Shown here piece after piece: positions 27,542-37,896 of a DNA stretch of 64,000 nucleotides. Origin of the DNA: a virus. Numbering within the stretch: position 1 is the first letter of the stretch; each line of letters opens with the position of its first letter. The notes under the pieces were generated by a model. That model searched no databases, was not told the origin of the DNA, and worked only from the letters and a program-made list of their open reading frames with translations. The translations under genes were made by a program, and so were the position numbers. The stretch is taken from IMG/VR virus record IMGVR_UViG_3300005748_000015, positions 1 to 64,000 of that record; one strand, given 5' to 3'.

Positions 27542-29154
27542 TGGCTAATAAAGAAGACGAATACAAAAAACTTAGATCGTACTTAAACAAAGTTGTCCGT
27601 GGTAAAAATACGGATGCTATTTTGCGTTCCGTTTCAAGCGGTCCAACTCACTTAATAAACAATGTTGAAGCTGTTAATGATTCTTTATATATTGTATCTG
27701 CAAAAGATCAATATCTTGATTCAAGACTCGGTGATAAAGGTGTTGTTCGTCCTGCTGAGGTAGGTCTTTCTGATGAAGTTTTTAGAGATATTGGTATTGA
27801 AATAACCAATAGAAAACAAGTTAGAGATTTGGTACACCAATTATTAAGAATTCTTTATGGTGAAATTTTTACTAGAGCAACTTCAGCTTCTCAAGAAGTA
27901 GAGCATTTTACTTTAGAAGAAGGTGACAATTTAATTATCTCTTTTGATGGGCAAGATTCTGTTGAAATATCTTTTACAGAAAGTCAGTTTTCAAACATAA
28001 GTAGTGCAACAGCTCAAGAAGTAGCTGATGCAATCACTAAATCCTTGAGAAAACTTGGAGCAAATGGGGCTGCTTTTACACAATTAGATGGTGAAGATTT
28101 AAGGGTTGTACTTATATCTTCTACCGATGGGCCTTCATCCAGTGTTAGAGTATTGGGTGGTAAAGCTCAAAACGCTCTTAAATTTGATGAAATCAGACCT
28201 ACATCGGGCGATGCCTCTACACAGTGGACTCTTACACAACAAGCTGGTGGGATAATTAGGGCTACATGGACAGGTGGTGCAGACCCATCTCTAGGGGTTG
28301 TTAAAATTAGTGACTATACAACTGTTTACGGATCATCGTTTGATCTGGCTAACCAAGGAACTTTTACTATTGTTGAAGCTCAAGGTGGTACTATAGGAAA
28401 TGCCTATATAGAATATGTAAATCCGAATGGTATATCTGAAATTGTAACTCAAGGTACTGAAGATGCAATTCTTTTTTACAATCCAAAAATTAGAACATTA
28501 ATATCGAAAGAAAGATTTGCTGGTGCTTTTCAAACATCCCCAAGAACTTTAGAAGTATTTATGCCAGCAACAACAAAAATTGTTAGGCGTAATAGAGCTG
28601 GAGCTGCTCATATATATGAGTCAGGATCAAGCAATGAAGGACAAGAAGGGCCTTACACATACGATACTGAAAAAGGATATGTAATAGGCGAGCAATCAGC
28701 ATTAACTACAGAAGAATTAGATGTAAGTAGTGACTCAATACTTTTTGTTGATGATTCGTCTGATTTTCCTGATGCTCAAGGAAGTATAATTATTGGACTT
28801 GGAACTTCTCATGAAGAAGGACCTGTGCCGTATATTTCACGACCTTCGGTTCAAGCGTTGAGAATTAATCCTTCTTATAAATTTAAGAATAAACACCCAA
28901 TTGGAACTGATGTTGCGTTGATAGCACAAAACTCTCCAGCAAATCCCGACAAAGATGGAACTGATTATCCATTTTATCTAACTGATTCTGTAGCTGGTAG
29001 AATTTATGCTGAAGACCTTATTAATCAAATTACAGCTACAGGTATTGTTGTAATAATTTACATTCTTTATCCAAGTGATATTGGACTTGGTAAAGCTGGC
29101 GATCAAGAAAACTCAGAAAAATATTACATCTGGGGAACTGAAGAGGATTTATAA
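27541..29154 (+). CDS. Baseplate wedge partner (gpI/gp7-like)
   Basis: SAKDQYLD..GV.RP..GLSDEVFR; C-terminal ITATGI; TGATG coupling to J. Confidence 0.7.
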   Translation: MANKEDEYKKLRSYLNKVVRGKNTDAILRSVSSGPTHLINNVEAVNDSLYIVSAKDQYLDSRLGDKGVVRPAEVGLSDEVFRDIGIEITNRKQVRDLVHQLLRILYGEIFTRATSASQEVEHFTLEEGDNLIISFDGQDSVEISFTESQFSNISSATAQEVADAITKSLRKLGANGAAFTQLDGEDLRVVLISSTDGPSSSVRVLGGKAQNALKFDEIRPTSGDASTQWTLTQQAGGIIRATWTGGADPSLGVVKISDYTTVYGSSFDLANQGTFTIVEAQGGTIGNAYIEYVNPNGISEIVTQGTEDAILFYNPKIRTLISKERFAGAFQTSPRTLEVFMPATTKIVRRNRAGAAHIYESGSSNEGQEGPYTYDTEKGYVIGEQSALTTEELDVSSDSILFVDDSSDFPDAQGSIIIGLGTSHEEGPVPYISRPSVQALRINPSYKFKNKHPIGTDVALIAQNSPANPDKDGTDYPFYLTDSVAGRIYAEDLINQITATGIVVIIYILYPSDIGLGKAGDQENSEKYYIWGTEEDL

Positions 29155-29576
29155 TGGCAAGTCAAAGAACCATTGCTGGAGCACATATAAAACTTTACAT
29201 AAACGGTTCTGTTTATAATGAAGTAAGACAGGTTAGCTATACAATTGACTATGGCGAAGAACCTATATATGGTATTGACTCGGTATTTCCACAAGAAATT
29301 AAAATTACAAGAATATCAATTCAAGGAACTGTTTCAGGATTAAGGTTAGCCAATTCAAATGGTTTACAAGGTCAAAATATTAGACCTGGAATTAGAGACT
29401 CAATATTTGCACCATATATCTCTATTAGACTTTTTGACAGAAGAACAGGTGAAGATATTATATTTATACCACATGCCAGAATAACCAACGAAAAAGTAGA
29501 TGTTTCAGCAAAAGGTATAATGACTACTAGTTTTAGTTTTACAGGCCTTCAACCACAACAACCACTAGATAGATAG
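29154..29576 (+). CDS. Tail tube-fold protein
   Basis: GAHIKLYING..VSYTIDYG.EPIYGID..PQEI pattern of myophage tube proteins; 140 aa. Confidence 0.6.
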   Translation: MASQRTIAGAHIKLYINGSVYNEVRQVSYTIDYGEEPIYGIDSVFPQEIKITRISIQGTVSGLRLANSNGLQGQNIRPGIRDSIFAPYISIRLFDRRTGEDIIFIPHARITNEKVDVSAKGIMTTSFSFTGLQPQQPLDR

Positions 29577-30146
29577 CCAATAATTGCTAATTTTTAATAA
29601 TAGAGGTCCAAATGTCATGCCTTTATATCTCATGAAATTATTAGCTAATCTATTTTCATTTTTAAATGCTTCTATTTCCCAAGGTTGATTATCATAATAC
29701 GTATGTGTATGATCAATTCCTTTCCAGTATTTTTTTCCTGTTTTTTGATCCACTTCCAATTCTCCATTTGCCATTTGTTTTACATGAATCATTTCATGGG
29801 CTAGTGTTGAGATTAGTTCGTATTTATTATGATTCATCATAATAATTATTTCATAAGTATTTTCTTCTTTTTTATTTTTACCAGCAAATCCATAGTAAAA
29901 AGTATACATTTTGGGAAATTTAAAAGTAATATTTACAATAGGATCATTTTTTATATCCAATTCTAATGAATAAAAAGAAGCTGCTTCTAATAATAATTTC
30001 TCTATTTTATCATTGTCCCTGGTATTTTTGTAATATGGTATGCTTATAAAAACTTGACAAGATATTGTTATTATAAGGATTGCCGCTGTAATACTAAGAC
30101 CTGTAGTAATGATTGCCAAAACACCAAGCAATTGTTCATGCGTCAT
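29565..30146 (-). CDS. Membrane-anchored zincin metallopeptidase
   Basis: N-terminal TM; LAHEMIHVKQ and QPWEIEA motifs. Confidence 0.75.
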   Translation of the reverse strand: MTHEQLLGVLAIITTGLSITAAILIITISCQVFISIPYYKNTRDNDKIEKLLLEAASFYSLELDIKNDPIVNITFKFPKMYTFYYGFAGKNKKEENTYEIIIMMNHNKYELISTLAHEMIHVKQMANGELEVDQKTGKKYWKGIDHTHTYYDNQPWEIEAFKNENRLANNFMRYKGMTFGPLLLKISNYWLSI

Positions 30147-30480
30147 TTTTTGCCGCCTTAAATAGATCACAATAGCTTCTGTGAGCATCTACTGGTACTT
30201 TACCATAAACAGCATAAGTACCACAATTACATTTAGGTTTTGTTTTAACATTCAACCCTTCTATGTTTATTTTACCTTCAGGATTTAAAAGATGAGACTT
30301 CATACTGGCTTCGTAAGCTTCCATATCTTTTTTCCACTTTTTATAGCCCTCTACGTATTCATCCTCAACATCCCCAATTGGGTCTTTTGTAGGCAGAGAA
30401 TCCCTAGCTGGCCATCCACCATTGTCGTAAGTACTTGAATATACAGGCTCATTCTTTCTTGATTTGTATTTTTCTGACAT
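30136..30480 (-). CDS. Hypothetical protein with C-terminal CxCG...H...C motif
   Basis: GGAGGT RBS; TGTGATATTAT promoter at about 30514-30524. Confidence 0.7.
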   Translation of the reverse strand: MSEKYKSRKNEPVYSSTYDNGGWPARDSLPTKDPIGDVEDEYVEGYKKWKKDMEAYEASMKSHLLNPEGKINIEGLNVKTKPKCNCGTYAVYGKVPVDAHRSYCDLFKAAKNDA

Positions 30481-30633
30481 TTTTACCTCCAAAAAAGTTG
30501 TCATCTAACTACATAATATCACAGTGATATAAAAAAACAATAAAAAGGCCGCAGACTAAATCTTTAAAGTATGTGATATTATATTATTGTAGATAGATTA
30601 GATTATAACAATATATACTTTTAATAGGTTAGA

Positions 30634-31755
30634 ATGTACTTGTATAAAATAGAAAACAAAATTAATAAAAAACAATATGTCGGAATAACAAATGACATAA
30701 AAAGACGTTGGCGTGAACACAAAAGGGAATTAAAGGGTAATAGGCACGGTAATATTAAATTACAAAATGCTTGGAATAAATATGGAGAAGAAAATTTTGT
30801 TTTTAAAAAAATACAAGATTTCAATACTTTACAAGAAATGAACAAAGCCGAAGTTGAGTATATAAAAAAATACAATTTACTTAGCAATAAAAATGGGTAT
30901 AATTTACAAGAAGGTGGTAATTCTTTTAGACATACAAAAGAAGCTAAAGAGAAAATATCTAGGTCAAATGAAGTCTCTGTTGTTTCTAAATGTTTAAAAA
31001 CAGGTGAATTGAAGATTTACGACAGAATAAAAGATGTCGAAAAAGATGGTTTAAATCCTAAAGCTATTAGTAACGCTTGTGTAGGAAGAGCTTTGACCTA
31101 TAAAAACAGAGTGTGGGTTTATAAGTCAAATTACGATACTATATTTGAAAAATATAATAAATATAAAAACAAAAATGTTAAAGCTAGACCTAAAGAATAT
31201 AAAAAGGCATATGGAATGTGTATAAAAACTAAAGAAATCAGGGAATACGAAGCTGTGGATCATGTTGAAAAAGATGGTTTTACAAACCAAGCTGTTAGAA
31301 AATGTTGTAAAAACAGTTTGGTAAATAAAAGCCACAAAAACTGGGTGTGGTCTTTTGAAAAAGAAAACTTAGAAGAAAAATATAACATAGCAAAAAATGG
31401 CAATAAAAACAGAAAAGATATATATAAATTTTCATTGTTGGGTGAGTTTATTGAAAAAGTTGATAGAAATTTATTAAACAAAACAGATTTGAAATCTATA
31501 TTATCAGTTTGTTCTGGTAAAAAAGAAACACTAAAAGGGTTTAGATATTCTTATAAAAAAACACTAAAAAACAGTAAGTATACAAAAAATATATTTTTAA
31601 AGTATTCTAAAGAAGGTGTTTTTTTAAATAAATATGCTAATATAAATGAAGTTATGAAAGATAATACACACATAAAATACACTAGTAATATATACAATTG
31701 CTGCCATGGAAAAAGAAAAACCTGTGGTGGTTTTGTTTGGGAAATAAGGGAGTAA
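30634..31755 (+). CDS. Free-standing GIY-YIG homing endonuclease with repeated NUMOD1-like domains
   Basis: YLYKIENKINKKQYVG..RW.EH..GYN; repeated I..CC.GK.K...G..W modules. Confidence 0.88.
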   Translation: MYLYKIENKINKKQYVGITNDIKRRWREHKRELKGNRHGNIKLQNAWNKYGEENFVFKKIQDFNTLQEMNKAEVEYIKKYNLLSNKNGYNLQEGGNSFRHTKEAKEKISRSNEVSVVSKCLKTGELKIYDRIKDVEKDGLNPKAISNACVGRALTYKNRVWVYKSNYDTIFEKYNKYKNKNVKARPKEYKKAYGMCIKTKEIREYEAVDHVEKDGFTNQAVRKCCKNSLVNKSHKNWVWSFEKENLEEKYNIAKNGNKNRKDIYKFSLLGEFIEKVDRNLLNKTDLKSILSVCSGKKETLKGFRYSYKKTLKNSKYTKNIFLKYSKEGVFLNKYANINEVMKDNTHIKYTSNIYNCCHGKRKTCGGFVWEIRE

Positions 31756-31757
31756 CT

Positions 31758-34700
31758 ATGGCCGTTCGTCGTCGTGCCAACCTTCTTGGTCAGCAACGTG
31801 TTGATGTTCCACATTTAAAATCGATAGAATCGGCTATTTCTCATGATTTCGACCAGTTAATCAGCGGTTTAGTTATTGGCGAAGATAAAAGCTACGTTGT
31901 AAGAGGGCTTAAAATCAACATGCCAGGGTCTATTGGCTCTTCTGCAAGTGGTTTGCAGTTATTAGTAGAAGATTCAGCATTTCTTCATGGAGCTTCTAAT
32001 GAATCTGGTACGTTCTATACAATCCCTACAGGCACTCCTGCTGAAATTTTAAGTTCAACTACAAATGAAAGAGTTCAAGGCTCATTTACTCCAAATACTG
32101 ATAACTACGTAGGTATTGAGTTTGTCAGAGGTGTAGACGATACAACCGCTGACCAAGTATATTTCTGGAATCCAACAACAAATATTGAGATTACAAAAAC
32201 TGTACCTCTTGCTATCATTCAAGATTATAAAATTGTAATTTCGACATCTTCGTTTGGTTCAAATGTGCTTCCTGTTGCGGTTGTCCAAACAGACTCTTCA
32301 AACAATGTAATTGCAATTACAGACAGAAGACCATTGTTATATAGATTAGGAACTGCTGGAAATACTGAGCCAAATCCATTTTACACATATGATTGGAGTG
32401 AAACTAGAACGGAAACTTTCTATACTTCAACATCTTCTACTTCTGATCCTTTTTATGGCGGTGATAAAGTCATAAAAAATATGAAAGAATTTTTTGACGC
32501 TTTAATGTCAGAATTAAAACTTCTTAAGGGTACACCATATTGGTATTCAGAAAGTGAAGCTGGTTCAATTTATAGAAATAGACAAGATTTAGGCAGTACA
32601 GCATTTACTGGTAAGGGTAGTATTTCACACGGAATTGCTTTCTTTAACGGCCAAGTAACTGGCATGACTACTGATGTTAGTTTAAAAGCTATTAGTACGT
32701 CAGTAACATTAGTTGCTGACAGTATTAAAGATATTGACACATTAATTAGCGAATGGAATGTTGCAAACGAAGATCAACCTGTATATTTAATTTCTGGTGA
32801 CGGTTCTCAAGTCCCAGAAGCCGATATTGTATTGACATCTGCTCCTGGTAGAATTAACTGGAGTTCTGATGTTTATTTAAATTTTATTGGTGGTAGATTA
32901 AGATATAAAATTAATGCCAACGAAGATACTGGGCATGTTACACTAACTGACAATCAAGTTGCTTATGTAAAACTTGTTAGAGGTGAAAACATTATTCCAA
33001 ACCTTGTGTTTACAAACGGTGGAGCAATTGTTGAATCTGTTGGTGCAGTTAATTGGACTGAAGATTTAGAAGCTGGTGACTTTATTAAAGACGCTTCTAA
33101 AGGCGATGAGTATTATTATGAAATTCAATCTGTCGATTCATTGTCCCAAGTAACTTTAACAGAACCTTATCAAGAATTATCATCAGGACCAAATGGTTAT
33201 GATGCTCAATATGCTTTTGGTGTTTACGAAACATCTCCTGCTCCCTCAACTGACAGACACATTTATGTTGCAGACAGAGGTTCTGTGCCATTTGTTGAAG
33301 ATGTGTTCTGGCTATTCTTTAGAGCTGACGATGGTGGTTCTCCACAAGTTTATGTTAGAATGCTTGGTGGTAAAGAGCTAGAGCAAGGTGAAGAAAGAGA
33401 AGTTTCTGATAACACTTCTCAATCAATTCTTAACTATATCGGTGCAGCTAATGAATCTGACAATGCACCAAACTATACAGATGCTACTGGAAGTCCAATT
33501 ACAAATATTCACTTAATTAATAGTGAAAATTTAACGCTAGGTATGAAACGTCTTGAGCATAGAGATGATGTAATTCCTAGAGTTAGAGTTATTGATATTG
33601 TTTCAACAGCACTTCCAACAGGCCCTTCTGCAACAGTAGATGGACAAGTTCTTATAAATGGTGATTATGTTTTCTTTACAAATTCTGCAATTGAAGGCCT
33701 ATATAAAGTATCTGGTGTAGGTAGTGCTGTTGCGTTTGAAAAAATCCACGCATTTAAAGGTGAGCAAAACCCTTCTGATGGTGATTTAATTAGAGTTGAA
33801 AATGGTACAATTTATTTTAGAACTGTATGGAAAAGAGTTGCTAACGAATGGAAGCCATTAGAAGTTAAAGAAGCTACAAAAGAGCCTACAGGTTTTCCAA
33901 ACAGAGTTGATTCTGAAATGGAATTTGATAATCTGACTAGAACTTTTAAAATCAGACCGAAAGCACCTCAAACATACTTTGATATTTTTATAAAAGGTAA
34001 ACCTTATAGATTTGAAACAGAACAAAGCATTCAATCTCCTGATGATGAAGGAATTTTCTTCTTTTATTTTGATGACGGTGTTTTAACTTTTGATAATACT
34101 TTTGATCTAACATTGATTACAGAAAATGCTTGGTGTGCTACGGTTTATTGGGACAAAGTAAATCAAGTAAACATCTTATTAGGTGATGAGCGTCACGGAA
34201 TAAAAATGGACGCTGCTACTCACGAATACTTACACAATCTAAATGGTACAGTACTTACTCGTGGTGGTGATATTGGCTTTACACCATATGAAGAGCCAGC
34301 AGCCGCACAGTTTGATGGTCAAGTAGCTGGCATGACTACTGATGTAATTATTGATGCTGACAATACAGGTTTAGCTGGAAATGTTACATTAGTTGCTGAC
34401 AGTATTAAAGATATCGATCAATTAATTCTAGATTGGAATACGGCTAATCCAACAAATACTTTAACATTAACTGCTGGTGATGGCTCTCAAGTTCCAACAG
34501 CTGATATTGTATTAGCTGGTGGCATAGATGGTTCTGGTGATACTGACGATGATGCTCAAATATCTCTTAACGATATGACATTAAGAGATGAAGATATTGT
34601 CATGAATATTGAGCACAATGCTGCTCCATCAGAAATATTCCAACAAATATTAGACCCAATTGCTGAAATACCTATTTATTATAGAAACGATACAAATGGT

Positions 34701-37046
34701 GATTGGCGTAAAGATACAGCAACACAATTCCCTGTAAAACAAGGTGCTGCTAGGATACAATACAACAATCCTGCTGGACCGTGGACACAAGAAGATGTTC
34801 AAGAAGGATATTATGTTTCAATGTGGATTTATGCCACAAACAATCAAGACGAGCCAGTTATTGCTATTCTTGGTCAAGCAGAGCACAGCTCACTTTCTAC
34901 AGCACAAGAATTGGATACTCCACAGTCTTTAAATTTTGGAGCACTTCCAAGTGTAGAATTTAAACTATTATATAGATGTATTTTTCAATCATCATCTGCA
35001 TTTACTAACGCTCCAAAAGCTGCATTAGTTGATGTTAGAGACTTAAGAGCTGTTGAAGACACTCAATTTGCCCAAGTTGCTCCTAACGATCACGGATCGC
35101 TTTCTGGTCTTGAAGACCCAGATCACCCAGCTAGTGCAATCAATATGGATGGCGTTGAAAAAGATGGTGGACTATCTGAGTTTGATGATAGCGTTGGTGA
35201 AGCTCTTACAACTTTAAACAGACTTCTTGGCCAGCTTAGAATCAAACCACATCCAGTAAATGGAAATAGAGTTATTATTACTGGTGCAAATAGAATTTTA
35301 AATAGTGGCACAACATTAATTCAAGAAATTAAAAATCTTGTTCTTGATTTTGAAGGTGCTGAAATTGACTTTGTAACAGGTGAAATTTTTAAAGCTGATG
35401 GATTCACTTCGCTTGGTATTGATTTTACTCCTGAAGTAATTCCTGCAAGTGAATATTTAAACTACTCAGTAACTTTAATTCCTTCTGAAGTAAATGTTGA
35501 CAATACAATTGCTGCTCAACTTATTGTACTTCCAGGTGCTGGTTCAAATGCTGTAAAAGCAGATGCTCCAAAAGCTCCATTTGCTCAAGGTACAAAACTT
35601 GGACAAGTTACAGTACAAGAAAGTGGTGGTGGAATCGTAGCTCTTACTGAGGCATCAATTTCTCAACTTGGAACTGGCGGTGGCGGTTCTGGTGGAACTG
35701 GTGATGCCAACGAATTATTAGAAAGATTAAAAAATAGACTTAACACATACGGTCTATATGAATACATGACTCCAGTTATCTTTTCTTCTGTTGAAGAAGA
35801 TTTAACTGATGACGTTAATACAACAGCTGAGTATAGTGTTGTTAACTCAAATTATGATTTCCCATTAACAGGAAACATTTTCCAATCTATTCAAATGCTT
35901 GATGATGAATTTTTATCTGAAGAAATTGGATTAGATAAAGTTGAATTAATTCATTATTGGAATTTAGAATCTATTGATACTGGTGCCACTTATGAAGTAT
36001 CACGAGATGGTGGTAATAACTGGCAAACCGTTTCTATGACAAGAATTGGTCAATCAGACACTTACCAAGGTTCTCATACGTTTACTGATGAATCATCAAA
36101 TAGTTTCACACAAACTGTAGGTGCGGCTATAACTAGTGTTACAGATTTTACAGATTTAAATGAATTGTCAAGACAATTTACTTTAGCCGAAACTACAACT
36201 GTTAAAAATATAGTTGCCGAAATCACAAAGACAGCAGCGGCTACTGGTTATATCTATGCTGTAGTTGTTAAAGATAATGGTGGTGGACTCCCATCAACAG
36301 ACCCTCTTGATAAAGTAGCTCAAAGTAGCTTTATTAGCATTGATGGTTTGTCTGTTGGTTCTCAGAATGTTGATTTTGGAATGAATTTTACGCTTCCAGC
36401 TGGTGATTATCACGTAATCTTCAAAACGGACAGTGTATATAAAACTGATTATAATTTAAATGCTGGTGCTAATAAAATTTCTATTAGTGACGATGGAACT
36501 GGAATTGTTTACACCTTACAAGGTTTACAATTAGATTTAAGAGTTAGAATTACATCAAGTGCTGACGAAGTTGTGTCTGAAGGTTTCGGTATCTTCTATA
36601 AAAATGATACAAAAATTACACCAGTTGATGGTTCAATTTTAAGACATGTTTCACAATTTGTTGGTGATGTTGATAACCTAAATGAATTTACATTGTCATT
36701 TATCCCTGATGTAAGACTTATGACGGTTTATGAAATAGGAACTGGACAAGCTTATAGATATGGTGCATGGATTATTAATGCAGATGGTAATGTAGAATTT
36801 CCACCAAATACATTTAACAAACCTGAAACTGTAACATTAGAATTCTTACAGATTCAAGGTGGAAGTTTCGATAATAGTGATAGAAATCAATTGGTGTTAG
36901 CAGCACAACATTTAGGTTCATTAGACCCTCAATTGGATTTTAGTGTTGCTGGGCGTGGTTTTCACTTAAGAAGTGATGATGGTACATTGTATGAGGTAGT
37001 AATTAAAAATGGTGGTGTCGGATTTGACATCTACGAGGTAAACTAA
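31758..37046 (+). CDS. Large baseplate/tail-fibre-associated structural protein (start MAVRRR)
   Basis: GGGAG RBS before ATG 31758; acidic beta-rich; DHGSLSGLEDPDHP fibre-type motif. Confidence 0.7.
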   Translation: MAVRRRANLLGQQRVDVPHLKSIESAISHDFDQLISGLVIGEDKSYVVRGLKINMPGSIGSSASGLQLLVEDSAFLHGASNESGTFYTIPTGTPAEILSSTTNERVQGSFTPNTDNYVGIEFVRGVDDTTADQVYFWNPTTNIEITKTVPLAIIQDYKIVISTSSFGSNVLPVAVVQTDSSNNVIAITDRRPLLYRLGTAGNTEPNPFYTYDWSETRTETFYTSTSSTSDPFYGGDKVIKNMKEFFDALMSELKLLKGTPYWYSESEAGSIYRNRQDLGSTAFTGKGSISHGIAFFNGQVTGMTTDVSLKAISTSVTLVADSIKDIDTLISEWNVANEDQPVYLISGDGSQVPEADIVLTSAPGRINWSSDVYLNFIGGRLRYKINANEDTGHVTLTDNQVAYVKLVRGENIIPNLVFTNGGAIVESVGAVNWTEDLEAGDFIKDASKGDEYYYEIQSVDSLSQVTLTEPYQELSSGPNGYDAQYAFGVYETSPAPSTDRHIYVADRGSVPFVEDVFWLFFRADDGGSPQVYVRMLGGKELEQGEEREVSDNTSQSILNYIGAANESDNAPNYTDATGSPITNIHLINSENLTLGMKRLEHRDDVIPRVRVIDIVSTALPTGPSATVDGQVLINGDYVFFTNSAIEGLYKVSGVGSAVAFEKIHAFKGEQNPSDGDLIRVENGTIYFRTVWKRVANEWKPLEVKEATKEPTGFPNRVDSEMEFDNLTRTFKIRPKAPQTYFDIFIKGKPYRFETEQSIQSPDDEGIFFFYFDDGVLTFDNTFDLTLITENAWCATVYWDKVNQVNILLGDERHGIKMDAATHEYLHNLNGTVLTRGGDIGFTPYEEPAAAQFDGQVAGMTTDVIIDADNTGLAGNVTLVADSIKDIDQLILDWNTANPTNTLTLTAGDGSQVPTADIVLAGGIDGSGDTDDDAQISLNDMTLRDEDIVMNIEHNAAPSEIFQQILDPIAEIPIYYRNDTNGDWRKDTATQFPVKQGAARIQYNNPAGPWTQEDVQEGYYVSMWIYATNNQDEPVIAILGQAEHSSLSTAQELDTPQSLNFGALPSVEFKLLYRCIFQSSSAFTNAPKAALVDVRDLRAVEDTQFAQVAPNDHGSLSGLEDPDHPASAINMDGVEKDGGLSEFDDSVGEALTTLNRLLGQLRIKPHPVNGNRVIITGANRILNSGTTLIQEIKNLVLDFEGAEIDFVTGEIFKADGFTSLGIDFTPEVIPASEYLNYSVTLIPSEVNVDNTIAAQLIVLPGAGSNAVKADAPKAPFAQGTKLGQVTVQESGGGIVALTEASISQLGTGGGGSGGTGDANELLERLKNRLNTYGLYEYMTPVIFSSVEEDLTDDVNTTAEYSVVNSNYDFPLTGNIFQSIQMLDDEFLSEEIGLDKVELIHYWNLESIDTGATYEVSRDGGNNWQTVSMTRIGQSDTYQGSHTFTDESSNSFTQTVGAAITSVTDFTDLNELSRQFTLAETTTVKNIVAEITKTAAATGYIYAVVVKDNGGGLPSTDPLDKVAQSSFISIDGLSVGSQNVDFGMNFTLPAGDYHVIFKTDSVYKTDYNLNAGANKISISDDGTGIVYTLQGLQLDLRVRITSSADEVVSEGFGIFYKNDTKITPVDGSILRHVSQFVGDVDNLNEFTLSFIPDVRLMTVYEIGTGQAYRYGAWIINADGNVEFPPNTFNKPETVTLEFLQIQGGSFDNSDRNQLVLAAQHLGSLDPQLDFSVAGRGFHLRSDDGTLYEVVIKNGGVGFDIYEVN

Positions 37047-37047
37047 T

Positions 37048-37896
37048 ATGGCAAGAACTTTAGTAAACAGTATTGATACAGATCAAATTGCAAATGACAT
37101 CAAGACTAGTGTTAACGATGCTTCTAAGGGTTATTTGTCTGGTTTGATTACAGAAAGAACTGGAAACCGTGAGATCAGAATAAACATTGGTTCTTGCATA
37201 GATTCTACTGCCAGTGAAATCATGGAGATACAAACTCTTATAAGAAAACAAACCGATATAGCTTTTTCGGAAGGAGAACTTGGTGGTTGCAATGACGGGT
37301 CTTCTGTTGCTGCGAATACATTTAAACATATTTTTGTTATTAAAAACCCAACATCAGGTGTAACTGACATTTTAATTTCAACTAGTGCAACAGCACCGAT
37401 TATGCCAGCTGGTTATACTTTTTTTAGAAGAATTGGTGGTATTTGGCTGGATGGTAGTGCTAACATAAGAGACTACAAACAAGTAGGGGATTCTTTTCAT
37501 TATACACCATGTTGGGTTCAAGAACTAAGTATAACAACAGCAGAGGCAGATCGTCCATTAAATGCATTGCCTACAGAAATAAGTTGTATGGCAATGATTG
37601 TTCCAATTGTTAGACAAGCAACAAGTGCAGTAACAAATGTTGTTAATTTAGGTGCTCCATTTCAAGATTTAGCCGAACCTAGCTATGTTGGAAATGCTGC
37701 TGGAGGAAGGATTTTAACAGAAGGATATAGTGCTCATTCTCATCAGGCTGGTGACTTTAGTGTTGCTATGCACTCATCTGTATCTCTAGCTGTTATACCT
37801 TGTGTAAATAGCCACATAAGAATACAATATTCAGCTCAAAATGGGACAGTTAGACTTGATATTATAGGTTATATAGATAGCAGAGGAAAAGAATAA
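37048..37896 (+). CDS. Tail fibre-associated protein
   Basis: G.C.DST...SATAPIMPAGYTFFRRIG motif seen in fibre proteins; operon context. Confidence 0.6.
   Translation: MARTLVNSIDTDQIANDIKTSVNDASKGYLSGLITERTGNREIRINIGSCIDSTASEIMEIQTLIRKQTDIAFSEGELGGCNDGSSVAANTFKHIFVIKNPTSGVTDILISTSATAPIMPAGYTFFRRIGGIWLDGSANIRDYKQVGDSFHYTPCWVQELSITTAEADRPLNALPTEISCMAMIVPIVRQATSAVTNVVNLGAPFQDLAEPSYVGNAAGGRILTEGYSAHSHQAGDFSVAMHSSVSLAVIPCVNSHIRIQYSAQNGTVRLDIIGYIDSRGKE

Noticed and set aside
31698-31757. N-terminal extension of the 1782-aa ORF overlapping the endonuclease
   Set aside because: TTG start without RBS; ATG 31758 has a good RBS
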